DNA of 64,000 nt from Candidatus Tayloriibacteriota bacterium (lineage in GTDB: Bacteria; Patescibacteriota; Minisyncoccia; Phycocordibacterales; PALSA-1337), in contig CALRAJ010000004.1 of the NCBI GenBank assembly GCA_943350765.1, positions 19,309-83,308 of the forward strand. Reading direction: 5' to 3'. The translations under genes were made by a program, and so were the position numbers. Positions 9,118-19,413 of this stretch are shown piece after piece. How positions within the stretch are numbered: the first letter of the stretch is position 1; every line of letters begins with the position of its first letter. A model generated the notes under the pieces. The model worked only from the letters and a program-made list of their open reading frames with translations. It ran no database searches and had not been told where the DNA came from.

Positions 9118-10248
9118 TTACTTGAGTACCTCTATCCCCGGCAAAGTTTCGTGTATCAAAAAATCGAGCATAGCGCCACCAGCGGTAGAAATAAAAGAAA
9201 AGCTTTTTTCGAGACCGAGCTTATGTATCACGGCTAGTGTATCTCCTCCTCCTACAATAGTCTTTGCACCGCACTCAGCAAGAACTTTTGCCAATTCTTC
9301 TGTCCCTTGTGAAAATCCATTTTCATAATCACCAAGAGGACCGTTCCAGACAACGAGCTGGCTTTTCCGTGCGAGTAGGGCGAGCACGGAAACTGCCCTT
9401 TCTCCCACATCAAGAATATTCTCCCCTACCAAAACCTGATCGGGTCTTTTGGTTTCTTTTGTACCACTCACAGTTTTTACCACCACAGCCTCAGGCAAAT
9501 ATAATTTTTTATTTTGCATCATCTCTGCTAGTTTAAAATCAAGTTTCGAAAAAAGTGAAGCGCCTATCTCATACCCCTGTTCCTTAAAAAAGTTATTCGC
9601 CAACGCACCACCCACAAATACAAAATCGGCTCGTTTCAAAAACTTTTCAACGAGTGGTATTTTAGTTTCAAGCTTGGCTCCAGCAAGAACAAAAAGAAAT
9701 GGTCTTTCTGGCACAAAAGCTTGCGACAGATTTTTTACCTCTTCCTCAAACAAAAGTCCCGCATATCCAGGAATACATTTTGGCACACCCACAATAGACG
9801 CGTGTGCACGGTGTGAGACTGAAAATGCCTCGTTTACATACACATCAGCGAGCGAGGCCAGCTCTTTTGCAAACTTTAAATCGTTTACTTTTTCTCCTTC
9901 CCATGTACGCAAATTCTCAAGCATCAGACATTCCCCAGATGGAAGTGTTTCAAAATCCTTCAAAACATTTCGATAATTTTCCACAAATCTCACCGTCACA
10001 AACTTTTGCATATAGTCAGCTACCACTTTTAAAGACACTTTTTCCTTACTCTCGATATGTCCGATAATCAAAACTTTTGCACCTGCTTTTTGCAAATACT
10101 GTATAGTCGGCAAGGACTGACGAATTCGAAAATCATCTACCACCCTACCATTTTGTATCGGTACATTGAGATCCAGACGAAGCAAAACCCTCACCCCATC
10201 TAAATGTGGAATATCTCGCACAGTCTTAAATGAGGTTTTAAATGCCAT
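9118..10248 (-). CDS. pgk: phosphoglycerate kinase
   Basis: N-terminal VLLRLDLNVP...DDFRIRQSLPTIQYL plus overall PGK architecture. Confidence 0.9.
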   Translation of the reverse strand: MAFKTSFKTVRDIPHLDGVRVLLRLDLNVPIQNGRVVDDFRIRQSLPTIQYLQKAGAKVLIIGHIESKEKVSLKVVADYMQKFVTVRFVENYRNVLKDFETLPSGECLMLENLRTWEGEKVNDLKFAKELASLADVYVNEAFSVSHRAHASIVGVPKCIPGYAGLLFEEEVKNLSQAFVPERPFLFVLAGAKLETKIPLVEKFLKRADFVFVGGALANNFFKEQGYEIGASLFSKLDFKLAEMMQNKKLYLPEAVVVKTVSGTKETKRPDQVLVGENILDVGERAVSVLALLARKSQLVVWNGPLGDYENGFSQGTEELAKVLAECGAKTIVGGGDTLAVIHKLGLEKSFSFISTAGGAMLDFLIHETLPGIEVLK

Positions 10249-10990
10249 CGATTTCTTTTAAAATTAAATTAAAACCTTCTGTATTTATACTTTCCCGACC
10301 CACAAGTAATCCGTCCACCTGACCCAGTAGGACAATATCTTTTGCATTTTTAAAAGTAACCGAGCCACCGTATAAAATCCTTACTGACAAAGCATACTCC
10401 TGCCCATAAGTATCTGCCAACACTTTTTTTATAAACAACCCTGTCTCTCGCACATCAGCTGGAGTCATAGCAACCGGAGCCCCAATAGTCCAGAGTGGCT
10501 CATACGCCACGATGAGTTGTTTTACATCTTTGCGAGCTAGCTTACCTAGCGAAGCAATAATTTGTGCCTTGAGTACTGCGAGATAATCCCCATTCTGATC
10601 ACGCTCCTTTTCCCCGACACAAAGTATCACCTGCAAACCAGCTCCTACTACAGCACCTATCTTTTGTGAGACAATTTCATCGGTTTCCCCCATCTTGCGT
10701 CGTTCGGCGTGTCCAACAATAACATATTTCACCCCCACCGATTTCAACATGTCGGCACTCACTTCACCAGTAAAAGACCCCGATTGTTCGAGAGACACAT
10801 TCTGTGCACCGAGAGAAAAGTTATCGGCAGTTTTAACTAAATGTGCGTATACAAATGGTGGACACACAACCGTGTCAATCTTTTTAGATTTTATAGCAAC
10901 TTTTTTAACGGTGGTTGCTATCCGACTCGCCTCCTCAGTGGTTTGGGGGTTCATTTTCCAGTTCCCTGCAATGATATATTTTTTCTTCAT
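10238..10990 (-). CDS. tpiA: triosephosphate isomerase
   Basis: IIAGNWKMN, VIVGHAERR and YEPLWTIG motifs; overlaps pgk by 11 bp. Confidence 0.9.
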   Translation of the reverse strand: MKKKYIIAGNWKMNPQTTEEASRIATTVKKVAIKSKKIDTVVCPPFVYAHLVKTADNFSLGAQNVSLEQSGSFTGEVSADMLKSVGVKYVIVGHAERRKMGETDEIVSQKIGAVVGAGLQVILCVGEKERDQNGDYLAVLKAQIIASLGKLARKDVKQLIVAYEPLWTIGAPVAMTPADVRETGLFIKKVLADTYGQEYALSVRILYGGSVTFKNAKDIVLLGQVDGLLVGRESINTEGFNLILKEIDGI

Positions 10991-11124
10991 ACAAATCAGT
11001 ATAGCATTTCAAGCTTAAAATTACGAAATTACATCGTTTGTACTTACCTAACTATGGAAGTTCGTGTAATCACTCGAGTTGTGAGACACGGCTCAACCGA
11101 AGCCTGTTTTAGCAAACCTATATT

Positions 11125-11182
11125 TAGAGCCACATTAAACGGCTAAACAGGGTGTTTAGCCGTTTAATGTGGCTCTGTAGAG
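11125..11182. repeat. REP-like palindromic element (second copy, perfect palindrome)
   Basis: gagccacattaaacggctaaacagggtgtttagccgtttaatgtggctc followed by tgtagag. Confidence 0.6.
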
Positions 11183-11218
11183 TCGTTTGGAAAATTGATA
11201 AATCAAGCGGTTTTGGAG

Positions 11219-11362
11219 TACCCCCAATTACGAAATGCGTTGAAGGCATGTCTTTTAAATGGACTTCGGAAGCGGGTAGCTGAGACTTGAGAGATTTTTC
11301 ACCAGAAAAATACTCGTGCCATTTAAAAGATGTGCCGAGAAAGCATTTCGTAATTGGGGGGG
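11219..11362. repeat. MITE-like ~140-bp palindromic element (copy A)
   Basis: Terminal inverted repeats ccccaattacgaaat...atttcgtaattgggg; the family recurs six more times in the window. Confidence 0.7.
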
Positions 11363-11397
11363 GGAGAGTGGCAAGTTTTTCATTTCAAAAATTTTGA

Positions 11398-13659
11398 CTA
11401 CTCCACCTCCTGCCAGCTCTGTATTTGGTATCCACCAGACGGACCAGAAGTAAAAATTAGGTTGGCTAAACCAGTTTCATACACCACTGACGAGCTATTT
11501 TGAAGTTTTATTTTCCAACCGGTCACTTCTTTTACACTCGCACTACTTTGTAATAAAACCTGACCATGTGGAGCATATATCAGCACTTTACCCGAAATAC
11601 TATTGGCTACACTAATAGCATCAACAGTACCACCGTTTTGAGCACTATTGTTTTGAGAGACAAGCATCACATAAGAATTTGTTCCAGAACCTAGAAATTG
11701 TGTGCTGTTTGAGAGAGTTATCTTGCTACCTGAGGTTCTGCTCGCGGGATTATCTGCAATAATAGCCACCGTCTTACCAGAAATAGATGGACTAATCTGA
11801 ATTGCTCCACTATTGCCCAAGATGATATTCCCCTTTACCCAAACCATACCGGCCAGGGTGAGTGTTGAAGAATTACTTACTTCTAGGTCGCAATTGATTT
11901 TTATCGGTCCTAGAGTTACATTTGCTGAACCCGTTATTTTATACGGACACGGAGTTGTGATCACTCCGCCATTTTCTGCATCTATTTTCCACTGATCTAT
12001 CACGGCATCAGATATAGGCAAGCTACTTGTGGCTTGGTCGGCACTATTTGGGAATGATGTACCCAGCACTTTGGCATTTACAGTGGTTTTAAAATATCCA
12101 TCTTTTTCTGCTACTGCATCAGCGATTTTATTTGCATAAATAGAACCCGTTGAATGTAATTGTGTTACAAAACCATTTGGTCCAGCAGACACCACATCAC
12201 CCAAAACCATATTACCCCCCGAAGCAGTGGCCTGATAGATGCGGAGCGGGCTTACAGCATTTACATTTGTTGTAAGTAGATAAATATATCCAGACGGAGC
12301 GCTGGCGAGATCGTATGGTGCCCCACCAGTAATGGTGATTGTATTTTTAATTTCTGGTAAGACAGTGTTTCCGATATTCCAGACCTGAAACTGTTTTGTA
12401 GTTGCCGAACTTACAGCTGTATAGAGATAACTTCCAGATGCAAAAAATGCCTGAGGTGCAGTGGAAGTATTTGCACTTGTGGATGTTGCAATAGTGGGAG
12501 CTGTGGGGGTAGTGATGTTTACCACCTGAATATTGCCACCTCCCTGAGAGCCTACATACGCGTATATACCATATAATGATACCGAGAGTGGACTTGTCGT
12601 GAGTGCTACCGACCCAACAAGTGTAGGTAACGCTGGATTAGCTAAGCTAAAAATCTCCAACTTACTAGACGCACCACCTTGACTAATAACATACAGATAC
12701 TGATCCTGAATACCAATGTCTATGGGTGCTGCGTTGGTGGCTACTGTTGCCAAAAGCGTCATGCTGGCTGGATTCGAGACATTGAGAACTTTGATTGCAT
12801 TGCCCGAAAATGAAGCGACATAGGCATAAGCACCAGCTACAACAATCCTCCTAGGGTTGCCAGTAACGGCGACCGCACCTCGGTATACTGGCGAAGCCTG
12901 ATTTGTGATGGAGTATGCGATTACATTATTATGACCAGATGAAGTAATAAAAAGATTACTACCAGAAACAACAATGTCTTTTTGCAAAGGATTGATACCA
13001 TTTGGATTAGTAACTGTGGAAACCACCGATGGGGATGCTGGATTTGCAATCGAAACGGTTTGAAGATTATTATTATTTACAACATAGAGGTAGTCACCGC
13101 TACGGGCAAGTCTCCCCGCATCTGGTCCAACATTTACAGTACCCACGAGAGTGGGAGAGATAGATCCAGAGGTAATACTCCCGCTTCCACCGACCCCTCC
13201 ACTTGAATAGATATTTCCTGAAACTGAGGAACTATTAGATAACATAACTCCTCCCTCGCCAACCTGTAGACCATAATTAAATCCTGTTCCTGCACCTGAA
13301 AATAAATCGCTTCCAACTCTTTTTATATACCCCCCGCGATCAGCCGAGGTTGTAATTCTTTTACCCCCTACTATGTCGACAATCGTACTACTCGCAGTAT
13401 AGCCATTTAAGGTCAAGGACTCGCTTGTTCCAACTTTTTTTGACTTTTTAAATCTATAGACAATATCTTCGTGTAGAGCTTCACCGATTGCGTAGCTTTC
13501 TCTAGACTTTACTATGTTTTGTGCATTTTTTAGGTCTCGTGTTACTACTTCAGAAGTGCCGATCACCACGATAAGTCCAATGATTAAGAAAAATACCACC
13601 GAAATAATCATTGCTTGTCCACCTTTCATCGATACATGTTTTAAATTATATTTATTCAT
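11398..13659 (-). CDS. large secreted or membrane-anchored protein with LVIVD-type beta-propeller repeats; last gene of the pilus operon and a candidate pilus-associated adhesin
   Basis: N-terminal hydrophobic helix, then recurring (Y/A)xYVxx...NxxNPxxP units (YLYVVNNNNLQTVSIANPASP, AYAYVASFSGNAIKVLNVSNPAS). Confidence 0.6.
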   Translation of the reverse strand: MNKYNLKHVSMKGGQAMIISVVFFLIIGLIVVIGTSEVVTRDLKNAQNIVKSRESYAIGEALHEDIVYRFKKSKKVGTSESLTLNGYTASSTIVDIVGGKRITTSADRGGYIKRVGSDLFSGAGTGFNYGLQVGEGGVMLSNSSSVSGNIYSSGGVGGSGSITSGSISPTLVGTVNVGPDAGRLARSGDYLYVVNNNNLQTVSIANPASPSVVSTVTNPNGINPLQKDIVVSGSNLFITSSGHNNVIAYSITNQASPVYRGAVAVTGNPRRIVVAGAYAYVASFSGNAIKVLNVSNPASMTLLATVATNAAPIDIGIQDQYLYVISQGGASSKLEIFSLANPALPTLVGSVALTTSPLSVSLYGIYAYVGSQGGGNIQVVNITTPTAPTIATSTSANTSTAPQAFFASGSYLYTAVSSATTKQFQVWNIGNTVLPEIKNTITITGGAPYDLASAPSGYIYLLTTNVNAVSPLRIYQATASGGNMVLGDVVSAGPNGFVTQLHSTGSIYANKIADAVAEKDGYFKTTVNAKVLGTSFPNSADQATSSLPISDAVIDQWKIDAENGGVITTPCPYKITGSANVTLGPIKINCDLEVSNSSTLTLAGMVWVKGNIILGNSGAIQISPSISGKTVAIIADNPASRTSGSKITLSNSTQFLGSGTNSYVMLVSQNNSAQNGGTVDAISVANSISGKVLIYAPHGQVLLQSSASVKEVTGWKIKLQNSSSVVYETGLANLIFTSGPSGGYQIQSWQEVE

Positions 13660-13661
13660 AT

Positions 13662-14177
13662 TTAATAAAAGTTTCGCAATACAGCGGTAGTATAAAATGT
13701 TTCCGTTTTTGTTTTACTACCGACAGAACTTTGTAAAGTAAGGCTGATTTTTACTGCGTTTGAAAGACTGTTTTGTATTTGATTGAAAACCAAATTGGTA
13801 ACTATGGTATTTGAAAGGGTGATCTGTCCACCATCCACTCCCCCAGTCATAACTTTTATTACCCCGCCACTTACATAGAACCTCACAGTGGTTACTGCTC
13901 CATTTGCAAGAGTTGTATTTAGAGTTAGCTGACCCGGACTAGTCACAAAAGTACTTTGTCCAGTATCTATAGACTGTGCCTGGCGGATTTCGTATACCAT
14001 TCTAGAGAGAGCAGAGGTAGCTGAAGCTGTAATATTTTTTGAGAGCTTGACATTATTATATGTCTTTGACATAGTCACCAAACCATTTACCACTAAGGTT
14101 GTTACACTCGTCAATAATGCAATGTACACTAGCATTTCAATGAGAGAAACCCCAGTTTTACGAATATTTGTGTGCAT
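13662..14177 (-). CDS. type IV pilin-like (pseudopilin) protein
   Basis: Prepilin-type N-terminus KTGVSLIEMLVYIALL; start placed at MHTNIRK. Confidence 0.7.
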   Translation of the reverse strand: MHTNIRKTGVSLIEMLVYIALLTSVTTLVVNGLVTMSKTYNNVKLSKNITASATSALSRMVYEIRQAQSIDTGQSTFVTSPGQLTLNTTLANGAVTTVRFYVSGGVIKVMTGGVDGGQITLSNTIVTNLVFNQIQNSLSNAVKISLTLQSSVGSKTKTETFYTTAVLRNFY

Positions 14178-14178
14178 A

Positions 14179-14685
14179 TTAGTTGTCAAACATATTAGTA
14201 ATATAACTTGAAATTTGTTTGCTGGTGGTGGCGGTACTTCCACTTATTTTAGGCCAAACTACTGTTACTGAATATCCTTTGGTATTTGGATCAAGTGTTC
14301 CACCAGAAGACACAATCTTGTCATTACTATCTCGATACACAGCCGAAAACACAACCTTTCTAGTATATATAGTATCTACCGTTTGTGGTGTAGTAGTCGA
14401 TTGCCAAGCTCCACCCGTCCAATTTAAATAATATGTAGTCCCAGCAGTAGTATTACCGATGTGAGATGCCCAGCTTGTATCACGCAGTAGACGGACAACT
14501 TCGAGACCCTCCTCAATCAGAAAACTGGCTTTGACTATCCTAGTATTGGCAAATTGAACTTTTAAATATGAAGAGTAAACACTAAACAGTGATGTGAAGG
14601 TTATGGATATGATAGCGGTTGCTACTACCACCTCCAGTATACTGAAACCAACTTTATACTTTATATTTTGATTCAGGAAAGACAT
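14179..14685 (-). CDS. type IV pilin-like (pseudopilin) protein
   Basis: KVGFSILEVVVATAIISI prepilin cleavage/methylation motif. Confidence 0.7.
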   Translation of the reverse strand: MSFLNQNIKYKVGFSILEVVVATAIISITFTSLFSVYSSYLKVQFANTRIVKASFLIEEGLEVVRLLRDTSWASHIGNTTAGTTYYLNWTGGAWQSTTTPQTVDTIYTRKVVFSAVYRDSNDKIVSSGGTLDPNTKGYSVTVVWPKISGSTATTSKQISSYITNMFDN

Positions 14686-14691
14686 GGTTTT

Positions 14692-15195
14692 TTATTGTAC
14701 CTCTACTATACCTGTTTTATAAACAGTTACTGTTTTATATTTACTTGGATTTGAAACTAACACTACTCTAAATGTACCGTTATTAGATGTGTTTCCTGTA
14801 AATCTATCGAAAACTACATCTGTACTGCCATCAACAAGAGAAATCGTATTTATGGATACCCGACTATTTAATAACAAAGGTATATTTGAGGTAGCCGATG
14901 CATTATAAGAGTTGCCTTTGAAAATAATCGGTCCAGTACTAGTCAGATGTACACCAAAGTTTGAAGCATTTTTTGCAGAGATTGTTAATGACCTAGATTC
15001 TGCAAAAACAGATACGACCGAATCTGTCGCCTTATTTAAGACTTCATTATCTGTACTGGATGACAAAGCACTTAGTGATATTGCCGATATAATAGCCATC
15101 ACCGCTAATGTAATAACAATCTCTATCAATGAGAAGCCTCTACCCACAAATGATACTGGCTGATATTTCCTTGTAAAAAGATGTAGCAAAAACAT
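14692..15195 (-). CDS. type IV pilin-like (pseudopilin) protein
   Basis: RGFSLIEIVITLAVMAIIS prepilin motif. Confidence 0.7.
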   Translation of the reverse strand: MFLLHLFTRKYQPVSFVGRGFSLIEIVITLAVMAIISAISLSALSSSTDNEVLNKATDSVVSVFAESRSLTISAKNASNFGVHLTSTGPIIFKGNSYNASATSNIPLLLNSRVSINTISLVDGSTDVVFDRFTGNTSNNGTFRVVLVSNPSKYKTVTVYKTGIVEVQ

Positions 15196-15198
15196 GTA

Positions 15199-16422
15199 TT
15201 ATTTTATTGTATCCATTACTGAATAGATCGGAGTAATCATCGATATGGCAAAAAATCCAACAGCCGCACCAATAATTACCATGAGCACTGGCTCAATGAT
15301 AGTGGACATGTCTTTCGTCTTTTGCTCTACTTCATCCTCATAAAAATCAGCGACTCCAATCAACATTTCTGCCATTTTACCAGTCTCTTCTCCCACACTT
15401 ATCATTTCCCCAACAAAAACTGGATACAAACGAGGAACTTCAATAAAAGAAGCGGATATTGGTACACCCTGCTGTATAGACTTCTCGGCTTTTTGTAAAA
15501 CTTCTTTGTAATATGAGTTTTGCAAAACATCTCCCGTAATCCGCACCGACTCTACCACAGGGACACCAGCGGACAATAGAGAAGCGAGGGTGCGTGCTGT
15601 GCGAGCCGAATTTACTTGTTTTACCAAAAGTCCAACGATCGGCAATCTAAGTACAACATAATCACGAATTCTCTTGCCTCTTTTTGTTTGCAATGGAAAA
15701 TAAATAGCCAAAACCACCGAAACCAAAAGTAAAAAAGCGTATATAAAATGGTTTTTAAGGAAATCACTTACAAAAATCACAATTTTTGTACTGAGAGGTA
15801 AGGCTACACCAAGCTCAGTAAAAGTTGCGGTAAGAGTTGGCACGACAAATATAAGCATTAAAACTGCAATAATAGCCATTACCCCCATAATAACTGCTGG
15901 GTAAATCATCGCCCCCTTGACCTTACGCTGTATAAAATATGAACGATCCATTTGCTTTGCCACTACTTTCAATGATCCAGCCAGACTACCACTCTGCTCA
16001 CCAGCAGTCACCATAGAAACAAATAATGAAGAAAACACTTTTGGATATTTTCTCATACCGTCGCTTAATGTTTGCCCGTGACTAATATCCTTATTTAAAT
16101 CAATTAAAATCTTTTTTAGGTTCTGATTTTTTGATTGGCGTTCCAAAACATCAAGTGCTCTGGAAACCGCTAGTCCTGCTTCCAACATTGCACCCAGATT
16201 TCTAGCAAAAATAATCTTGTCGTATATTTTTATTCCGCTAAATAGGCCTGTTTTTTTAAAAATAGTGGATATAAGGTTTCTCTCTGAGGCTGGCTCAATA
16301 CTTACAATACTGCCACCCGCATCTTTGAATTCTTTTGCAACTGCAAATTTATCGGTAGCCTCCCTGAAACCTTCTGTGGTTTTACCATCTATACCTATTA
16401 CTTTATAAGCAAATCTAGTCAT
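15199..16422 (-). CDS. pilC: type IV pilus platform protein PilC (GspF family)
   Basis: Two GspF repeats, three TM segments, PilC-like N-terminus MTRFAYKVIGIDGKTTEG. Confidence 0.85.
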   Translation of the reverse strand: MTRFAYKVIGIDGKTTEGFREATDKFAVAKEFKDAGGSIVSIEPASERNLISTIFKKTGLFSGIKIYDKIIFARNLGAMLEAGLAVSRALDVLERQSKNQNLKKILIDLNKDISHGQTLSDGMRKYPKVFSSLFVSMVTAGEQSGSLAGSLKVVAKQMDRSYFIQRKVKGAMIYPAVIMGVMAIIAVLMLIFVVPTLTATFTELGVALPLSTKIVIFVSDFLKNHFIYAFLLLVSVVLAIYFPLQTKRGKRIRDYVVLRLPIVGLLVKQVNSARTARTLASLLSAGVPVVESVRITGDVLQNSYYKEVLQKAEKSIQQGVPISASFIEVPRLYPVFVGEMISVGEETGKMAEMLIGVADFYEDEVEQKTKDMSTIIEPVLMVIIGAAVGFFAISMITPIYSVMDTIK

Positions 16423-16441
16423 GTATATTAAAAATTAAATT

Positions 16442-18208
16442 TTACTCAGAAATCACTCGCAAAACCTCCTCTATGGTTGTTACCCCCATTACGGCCTTAA
16501 AAATACCGTCTTCTATCATGGTGAGCATCCCCTCTTTTTTTGCCTGATCTTCAATCTGGTCACTTGTCGCCCCCTTCATTACAAGTTCTCGTATTGGTAA
16601 TGTTACTTTTAGTATTTCATGTATACCAATACGACCGCTATAACCATCTTCACTTTCAGGAGTTTTTACTGGCTTATAAAACGCAATTTTTTCCCAACTC
16701 ATGTTTTTGTCGACAATCTTTTCTTCTTTTAAGGCGGAAAGTACCCTCTCCAAATCGACAGACTTTGAAAGAGTGGCTATTTCTGTTTTAGTTAAAAAAT
16801 ATTTCTCTTTTGAGACACAAAGTTTGCGAATCAGTCTCTGTGCGATCACGACATTGATAGTTGAGACCAACAAAAATGGTTCAATCTTCATATCGAGCAA
16901 TCGTGGGATAGCTCCCGCAGCTGAGTTTGTATGGAGAGTAGAAAGCACTAGATGTCCAGTAAGAGCCGCGTTTACTGCAAGAGAAGCTGTCTCATTATCA
17001 CGAATTTCACCTACCATTATAATATCGGGGTCTTGTCGAACCAGAGTACGCAAACCGATAGAAAAAGTAAAACCGATTTCTGGTTTTACTTGGGTTTGAT
17101 TGATCCTAGCCATTTGATACTCCACAGGATCCTCGATTGTAGAAATATTTACATCGGCGGTATTTAAAATATCTAATACGGTATATAGAGTAGTGGTTTT
17201 ACCTGAGCCTGTTGGACCTGTCGTAAGTATCATACCCGTCGTCAACCTACTTGCATTGTGGATACGCTCAAGCCCTTCGCCATGAAAACCGAGGCCTTCG
17301 AGATTAAACCCTGAAGCATTTTCTCGAAGCAGTCGCATCACGGTTTTTTCACCATAGTAAGTCGGCAAAATCGAAACTCGAAACGAGACTTTTTCTCCAT
17401 TCAGCTCAATTTTAAAACGACCGTCTTGTGGTAAACGCTTTTCATCAAGCTTCAAGCTTGAGAGTACTTTTATACGGGCAGTGATGCCAGCCTCAATATT
17501 TTTTGGTAAAATCATGGCATCATGGAGAATTCCGTCTATACGATACCGAACTAAAAGCTGGGTTTCGAGTGGCTCTATGTGTATATCAGAAGCATTTTGA
17601 ATAATCGCATGTTTAAGCAATGTATCCACTACTCGTACTACAGGCAAATCCTCGGCTATTTTCTTTAGGTCGCTTTCACTAGCTGGTTTAGCCTCACTAT
17701 CACCAATTGACATTTCGTCCAATGGCTTGATGGTCAATGCTTCCTTCTGAATAATATCTCCGAACTCAGCTTTTAAACTTTTTTGATACTGTAATATTGC
17801 AGATTTGATTGATTCAGTATCGGTAAGGCGTGGCAAAATCTTTAAATGCACCTTCTTTTTGACAAAGTCTATTGCACTCAAATCATCTGTATCGAGCATT
17901 GCTACCTCCAACGAATCCTTACTCTGCTTAAAAGCCACAATGTTGTTATTTCTCGCAATAGGCTCAGGAATAAGTGAAAGTACTTTAAAGTCGAGCTTTT
18001 GGTCCTTGAGGTCTACAAACGGGATACCCAAAACATAGGCTTGGATACGATGTAGGTTATCATCTGTTATTTTACCTATTTTTACCAAAATACTACCTAT
18101 GTCTTTTCCGCTTTTTTCTGATTCTTCTTGTGCAGACTCGAAATCGGCCTTTGAAACCAGACCTGAATCTAAAATAAAGTCCTTGAATTGTTTTTGTTCA
18201 ATATACAT
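16442..18208 (-). CDS. pilB: type IV pilus assembly ATPase PilB (GspE family)
   Basis: Walker A TGPTGSGKTT, GspE N-domain, tetracysteine-replaced region; probable start MYIEQKQF. Confidence 0.85.
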   Translation of the reverse strand: MYIEQKQFKDFILDSGLVSKADFESAQEESEKSGKDIGSILVKIGKITDDNLHRIQAYVLGIPFVDLKDQKLDFKVLSLIPEPIARNNNIVAFKQSKDSLEVAMLDTDDLSAIDFVKKKVHLKILPRLTDTESIKSAILQYQKSLKAEFGDIIQKEALTIKPLDEMSIGDSEAKPASESDLKKIAEDLPVVRVVDTLLKHAIIQNASDIHIEPLETQLLVRYRIDGILHDAMILPKNIEAGITARIKVLSSLKLDEKRLPQDGRFKIELNGEKVSFRVSILPTYYGEKTVMRLLRENASGFNLEGLGFHGEGLERIHNASRLTTGMILTTGPTGSGKTTTLYTVLDILNTADVNISTIEDPVEYQMARINQTQVKPEIGFTFSIGLRTLVRQDPDIIMVGEIRDNETASLAVNAALTGHLVLSTLHTNSAAGAIPRLLDMKIEPFLLVSTINVVIAQRLIRKLCVSKEKYFLTKTEIATLSKSVDLERVLSALKEEKIVDKNMSWEKIAFYKPVKTPESEDGYSGRIGIHEILKVTLPIRELVMKGATSDQIEDQAKKEGMLTMIEDGIFKAVMGVTTIEEVLRVISE

Positions 18209-18372
18209 AGTTTTCTTTGATATAAGTATATCAAATAATCCACACAACTCCTCAAAATACACTGTGGACAAGTACAATCTTGGCTAGGTAATAATAGTTA
18301 TTACTATTGTAAAAAAATAAAAAGACCACCCGTGAAGATGGTCAGACTGTATACTTAGACACGGAGTATGGC

Positions 18373-19155
18373 TTATGCAACTTTTTCTACCGACCCATTA
18401 CCAGTCATAGACAACGAGCTACTCAATGCTTGAAGTTTGGCAACGAGCACGGTCTTCGCCACCGAGGTGATTTCTGTTGTACCGAAACCGCCCAAGCGCC
18501 TCGTAGTCATTCCAGAGAGCTCGGTAGCAAGGGCGGCTGAAACACCATGATAATTTTCCTTCACAAGCCCAGTGATAGCCTCCAGAAGTTCTCCGAAACG
18601 CTGATAGACTAGTGCCTCTCGCTCTGTAGGACCAAAGTATGCCGTGTGATACATCAGTATCGAGGGGTAGAACCCATGTCCTACCCCCATGGTTTTCTTA
18701 TCAATGCCCCCACTCACTTCGAAGTCGAGCAATAGTCCCCTCAGTCCCACCATACATTCATCTGGTGATCCAAGGAGATGAGCCGCTGCGTAACACGCAA
18801 CATAGATCTACTCCAACCTTCGAATGTAGAAGTGGTGCAGAGGGTCGGTCGGACCATGCACACATGCGCTCTGGAACGGTCTCATTTCACATGCCAGAGC
18901 ATAAGCCCAGAAGCCCACCTCGAGAAGCCGGCTGATCTTTGTACGGTTAGCTGGGTTATCCAGCGACTGTTTATCAAGTCCTGACCAAAGCTCATTTAGC
19001 TCAGTTTTGATTTTGGGAAACCTTAGCCAAAGCTCATCCAAAAACCCACTGAGTGGCTTCCCACGATACCAGCATTCATTTACACCAGCACCAATGCCAT
19101 AGACCACAAAACCGAATTGCGGAACTTTAAGAGAGACGAACTCGCGTTTTTCCAT
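18373..19155 (-). pseudogene. GC-rich gene apparently disrupted into two ORFs (18808-19155 and 18373-18753); function unknown
   Basis: Two adjacent same-strand ORFs in different frames separated by 54 bp; local GC much higher than the genome; terminator immediately downstream. Confidence 0.4.
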
Positions 19156-19254
19156 AAAACCATCACTTTCTGCTAGTTGTTTATGTTCTACCGACTTTTA
19201 AAGTACCACGAGGTACAGCATATTGCAAGTTTTCACTTGAATTTTATAGTTCAC

Positions 19255-19283
19255 TTGACAAATACCCTGCAACACGCTACACT
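19255..19283 (+). promoter_or_regulatory. sigma70-like promoter (TTGACA-N17-TACACT) upstream of nusA
   Basis: Sequence motif only. Confidence 0.4.
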
Positions 19284-19351
19284 CATCTTGTAAGTAACTA
19301 GTTCGCCTCCTCAGGCGGACTCGTTTTTTTAAAAAATACAAATAAAGGGTT

Positions 19352-19383
19352 CTCCCCTGAAAATCTACTGATTTTCAGGGGAG
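19352..19383. repeat. hairpin element with conserved TCTACTGA loop (cccctgaaaatctactgattttcagggg)
   Basis: Related hairpins at 24945-24982, 30341-30366 (partial) and 46401-46434. Confidence 0.55.
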
Positions 19384-19413
19384 GCGACCCAATATTTACT
19401 AACAAAAACACAT

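Noticed and set aside
9122-10067. Multiple plus-strand ORFs inside pgk (9122-9328, 9264-9536, 9449-9976, 9804-10067) and similar antisense ORFs within recJ, pilB, rsmE, comM and the UvrD gene
   Set aside because: They are antisense to well-supported conserved genes. They arise because stop codons are under-represented on the complementary strand.
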